A DNA stretch of 64,000 nt from NCBI GenBank assembly GCA_963793305.1, contig CAWBZV010000002.1:64001-128000 (forward strand), given 5' to 3'. A model generated the notes under the pieces. It had not been told where the DNA came from, made no database searches, and saw only the letters and a program-made list of their open reading frames with translations. This document shows positions 62,101-64,000 of this stretch, one piece after another (positions within the stretch are counted from its first letter, which is position 1; the number at the start of each line of letters is the position of its first letter). This DNA comes from an uncultured Gemmatimonadales bacterium. GTDB lineage: Bacteria; Gemmatimonadota; Gemmatimonadetes; Gemmatimonadales; Gemmatimonadaceae. Position numbers and translations under genes: made by a program.

Positions 62101-62498
62101 TGCGTGGCCACAACGTCGTGTACGGATCGAATTACATGCCGGGCCCAGTCGCCGGTCCGGGCGCTGGCAAGTCGGTCACGCTCGATCAGTCTTGGTTCCA
62201 GAATACCGACGGGATCTATACCGGCGCGACCTCGCTGTTCATTCAACCGTCCGGGTTCGCCAAGCTGCGCGAGGTCTCGGTCGGCTACACCCTCGACATG
62301 CCGGCGATTCAGCGGGTGACGAGTTTCTCGAGCATCGAGCTCCGTCTCTCGGGCCGCAACCTCCACACGTGGACGAGCTACACCGGCATCGATCCGGAGA
62401 CCAGCATCCTGGGCTCCGCCTCGCCGATCCGCGGGATCGACTACTTCAACATTCCGCAAGATCGGTCCTATGTCATTACCGTCACCCTCAACCGCTGA
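59191..62498 (+). CDS. SusC/RagA-family TonB-dependent receptor (two +1 frameshifts near 60052 and 61784)
   Basis: Plug [61 protein letters not shown]; GIDPE; three ORF pieces join. Confidence 0.9.
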
Positions 62499-62514
62499 CA
62501 GGACACCGACACTC

Positions 62515-64000
62515 ATGCGCATTGCACACGCGATCGCACTCGGCGCCGCTGTACTGATCGGCGCGACCGGGTGCAAAGATTACCTGTCCGGCCCGAGCCT
62601 GGGCGGGAACAACCCGAATGCCGTCCAGGGTCTCAAGGACGCGACCTCGCTGTACGTCGGTCTCGAGGCGGCACAAGCTCAGAACTTCGTCTCGCAGTTC
62701 TCGCGGTGGATGGGCGAGTACACGCAACAGACCGCGGGAGTCTCGCGGCAGCAAGCGGGGTACGATATCTACGTGGTCGGCCCCACCGACGCCGACGGCG
62801 TGTTCGCGGCGTTCTGGGCCGGCAACGGCGAAGGCGGCGGCGGCGCCGCCGACGCGCGGAACATCCAGATATTCGCCGCGGCCGCTCATGACTCGCTGTT
62901 CAAAGGCATCGCTATGGTCTGGGAAGCCATGATCATCGGCGAGGCCGCCTCGATCTGGGGCGCCGTACCGTACAGCCAGGCGTTCAATCCGACGACATAT
63001 CCGACGCCGAAGTACGACGATCAGATCACGGTGTTCAAGGAAGTCGAGACCACGCTCGATAGCGCGTTGTTCTACCTCAGGAGCACACCGAACGACGTGA
63101 ATCCGGCCAGCACGAACATCGGACCGACTGGTCAAATCGCGGGTGTCGCGCGCGCCGCCGAGATCATCTATGCCGGGCGGACGCCGTCGCAGCTCAAGGC
63201 GGTCTATACGGCGGTCGCGCACACGCTCAAGGCGCGGTTCTACATGGATCAAGCCACCGTGAACGCGTCGGCCTATGCGAGCGCGCTGGCCGAGGCGCAG
63301 CTGGGGATCGATTCGACCGGCGATGATTGGAACTGGTACGCGAACGCGGCCCTCGTTCCGAACGCGTGGTTTGCGTTCATGGGTGCGCGCGCGGACAACA
63401 ACCCCGGGTCCGCGATGATCCATCTCATGAAGTCGCGGATCGCGGCGGGCCTCGATGTCGACAACGGGCGCTTCGGCTTTTATTTCGCGGATCCGGCGGG
63501 CACGCCCTGCGTCCTGAACGTCGCCGATAGCTTGGCGGCCAACGCAGGCTGCACGGGCAACCGGCCGGGTGCCAACAGCGTCCTGCCGGATGGAAGCGGC
63601 AACTCGAGTTTCTACGCCTTCAACAATCTCGGGTCGCTCAATGCGCCCGGGGTGACGTTCGCCGAAACCTGGTTGATCGTCGCCGAAGCCGCGTTCCAGA
63701 CCGGGAATGCCGGGCTCGCGCAGACCGCGTTGAACAAGGTGCGCGCTAATGAAGTGTATGGCGCCGACGCGATCGATGGCACACCCCTCTGTTCGCCGAA
63801 GTGCGCGTTCACCGCGCAGCCTCCCGTGGCGGCGACGCTCCAGAACATCATGGAGGAGGGCTACATCGACCTCCTCGCCACACCAGAGGTCTACAACAAC
63901 TACAAGCGCACGTGCTTCCCGTGGCTCGCGGCCGCCCCAGCCAGCCTGTCGTCCGCGGTGACACGGGCGAACCTCCCGGGTCGGTTGCCCTACGGATTGA
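62515..64000 (+). CDS. SusD-like lipoprotein, partial at window edge
   Basis: MRIAHAIALGAAVLIGATGC lipobox, NNPN, WGAVPYSQAF, AHTLKARF; open reading frame to 64000. Confidence 0.9.
   Translation, partial: MRIAHAIALGAAVLIGATGCKDYLSGPSLGGNNPNAVQGLKDATSLYVGLEAAQAQNFVSQFSRWMGEYTQQTAGVSRQQAGYDIYVVGPTDADGVFAAFWAGNGEGGGGAADARNIQIFAAAAHDSLFKGIAMVWEAMIIGEAASIWGAVPYSQAFNPTTYPTPKYDDQITVFKEVETTLDSALFYLRSTPNDVNPASTNIGPTGQIAGVARAAEIIYAGRTPSQLKAVYTAVAHTLKARFYMDQATVNASAYASALAEAQLGIDSTGDDWNWYANAALVPNAWFAFMGARADNNPGSAMIHLMKSRIAAGLDVDNGRFGFYFADPAGTPCVLNVADSLAANAGCTGNRPGANSVLPDGSGNSSFYAFNNLGSLNAPGVTFAETWLIVAEAAFQTGNAGLAQTALNKVRANEVYGADAIDGTPLCSPKCAFTAQPPVAATLQNIMEEGYIDLLATPEVYNNYKRTCFPWLAAAPASLSSAVTRANLPGRLPYGL

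Overview
High-GC chromosomal window. The lineage is most consistent with Gemmatimonadota (inferred from SusC/SusD pairs with an N-terminal carboxypeptidase-regulatory-like domain, the AtpA N-terminus and a split atp operon). I saw no rRNA, tRNA, CRISPR array or mobile element. Three systems stand out. (1) 769-7755: a tightly coupled operon encoding a Cyc2-like cytochrome-porin (hidden by a +1 frameshift), a diheme cytochrome c, a type-1-copper cupredoxin-like protein and an atypical A-family cytochrome c oxidase lacking the K-channel Lys. Its order mirrors the Acidithiobacillus rus operon, suggesting a surface-to-O2 electron-uptake (possibly Fe(II)-oxidation) chain. (2) 9447-25281: a peptide/D-amino-acid utilisation locus (serine hydrolase, D-aminoacylase, S9 and CocE peptidases, APC permease, NSAR/OSBS, GNAT, SusC/D, GntR) tied together by four GTATAC-N5-GTATAC boxes. 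(3) 43407-54707: an Agl-Glt-like trans-envelope motor operon (TPR proteins, GltF-like, AglR/Q/S-like, GltG-like) headed by two YjbH-like barrel/coiled-coil paralogues. The rest is housekeeping and accessory genes (atpAGDC, waaA, tag, csp, lemA, a hybrid kinase, an EAL protein) and a second SusC/SusD locus. Six single-base +1 frameshifts look like sequencing errors. All calls come from motif recognition by eye; no searches were run.
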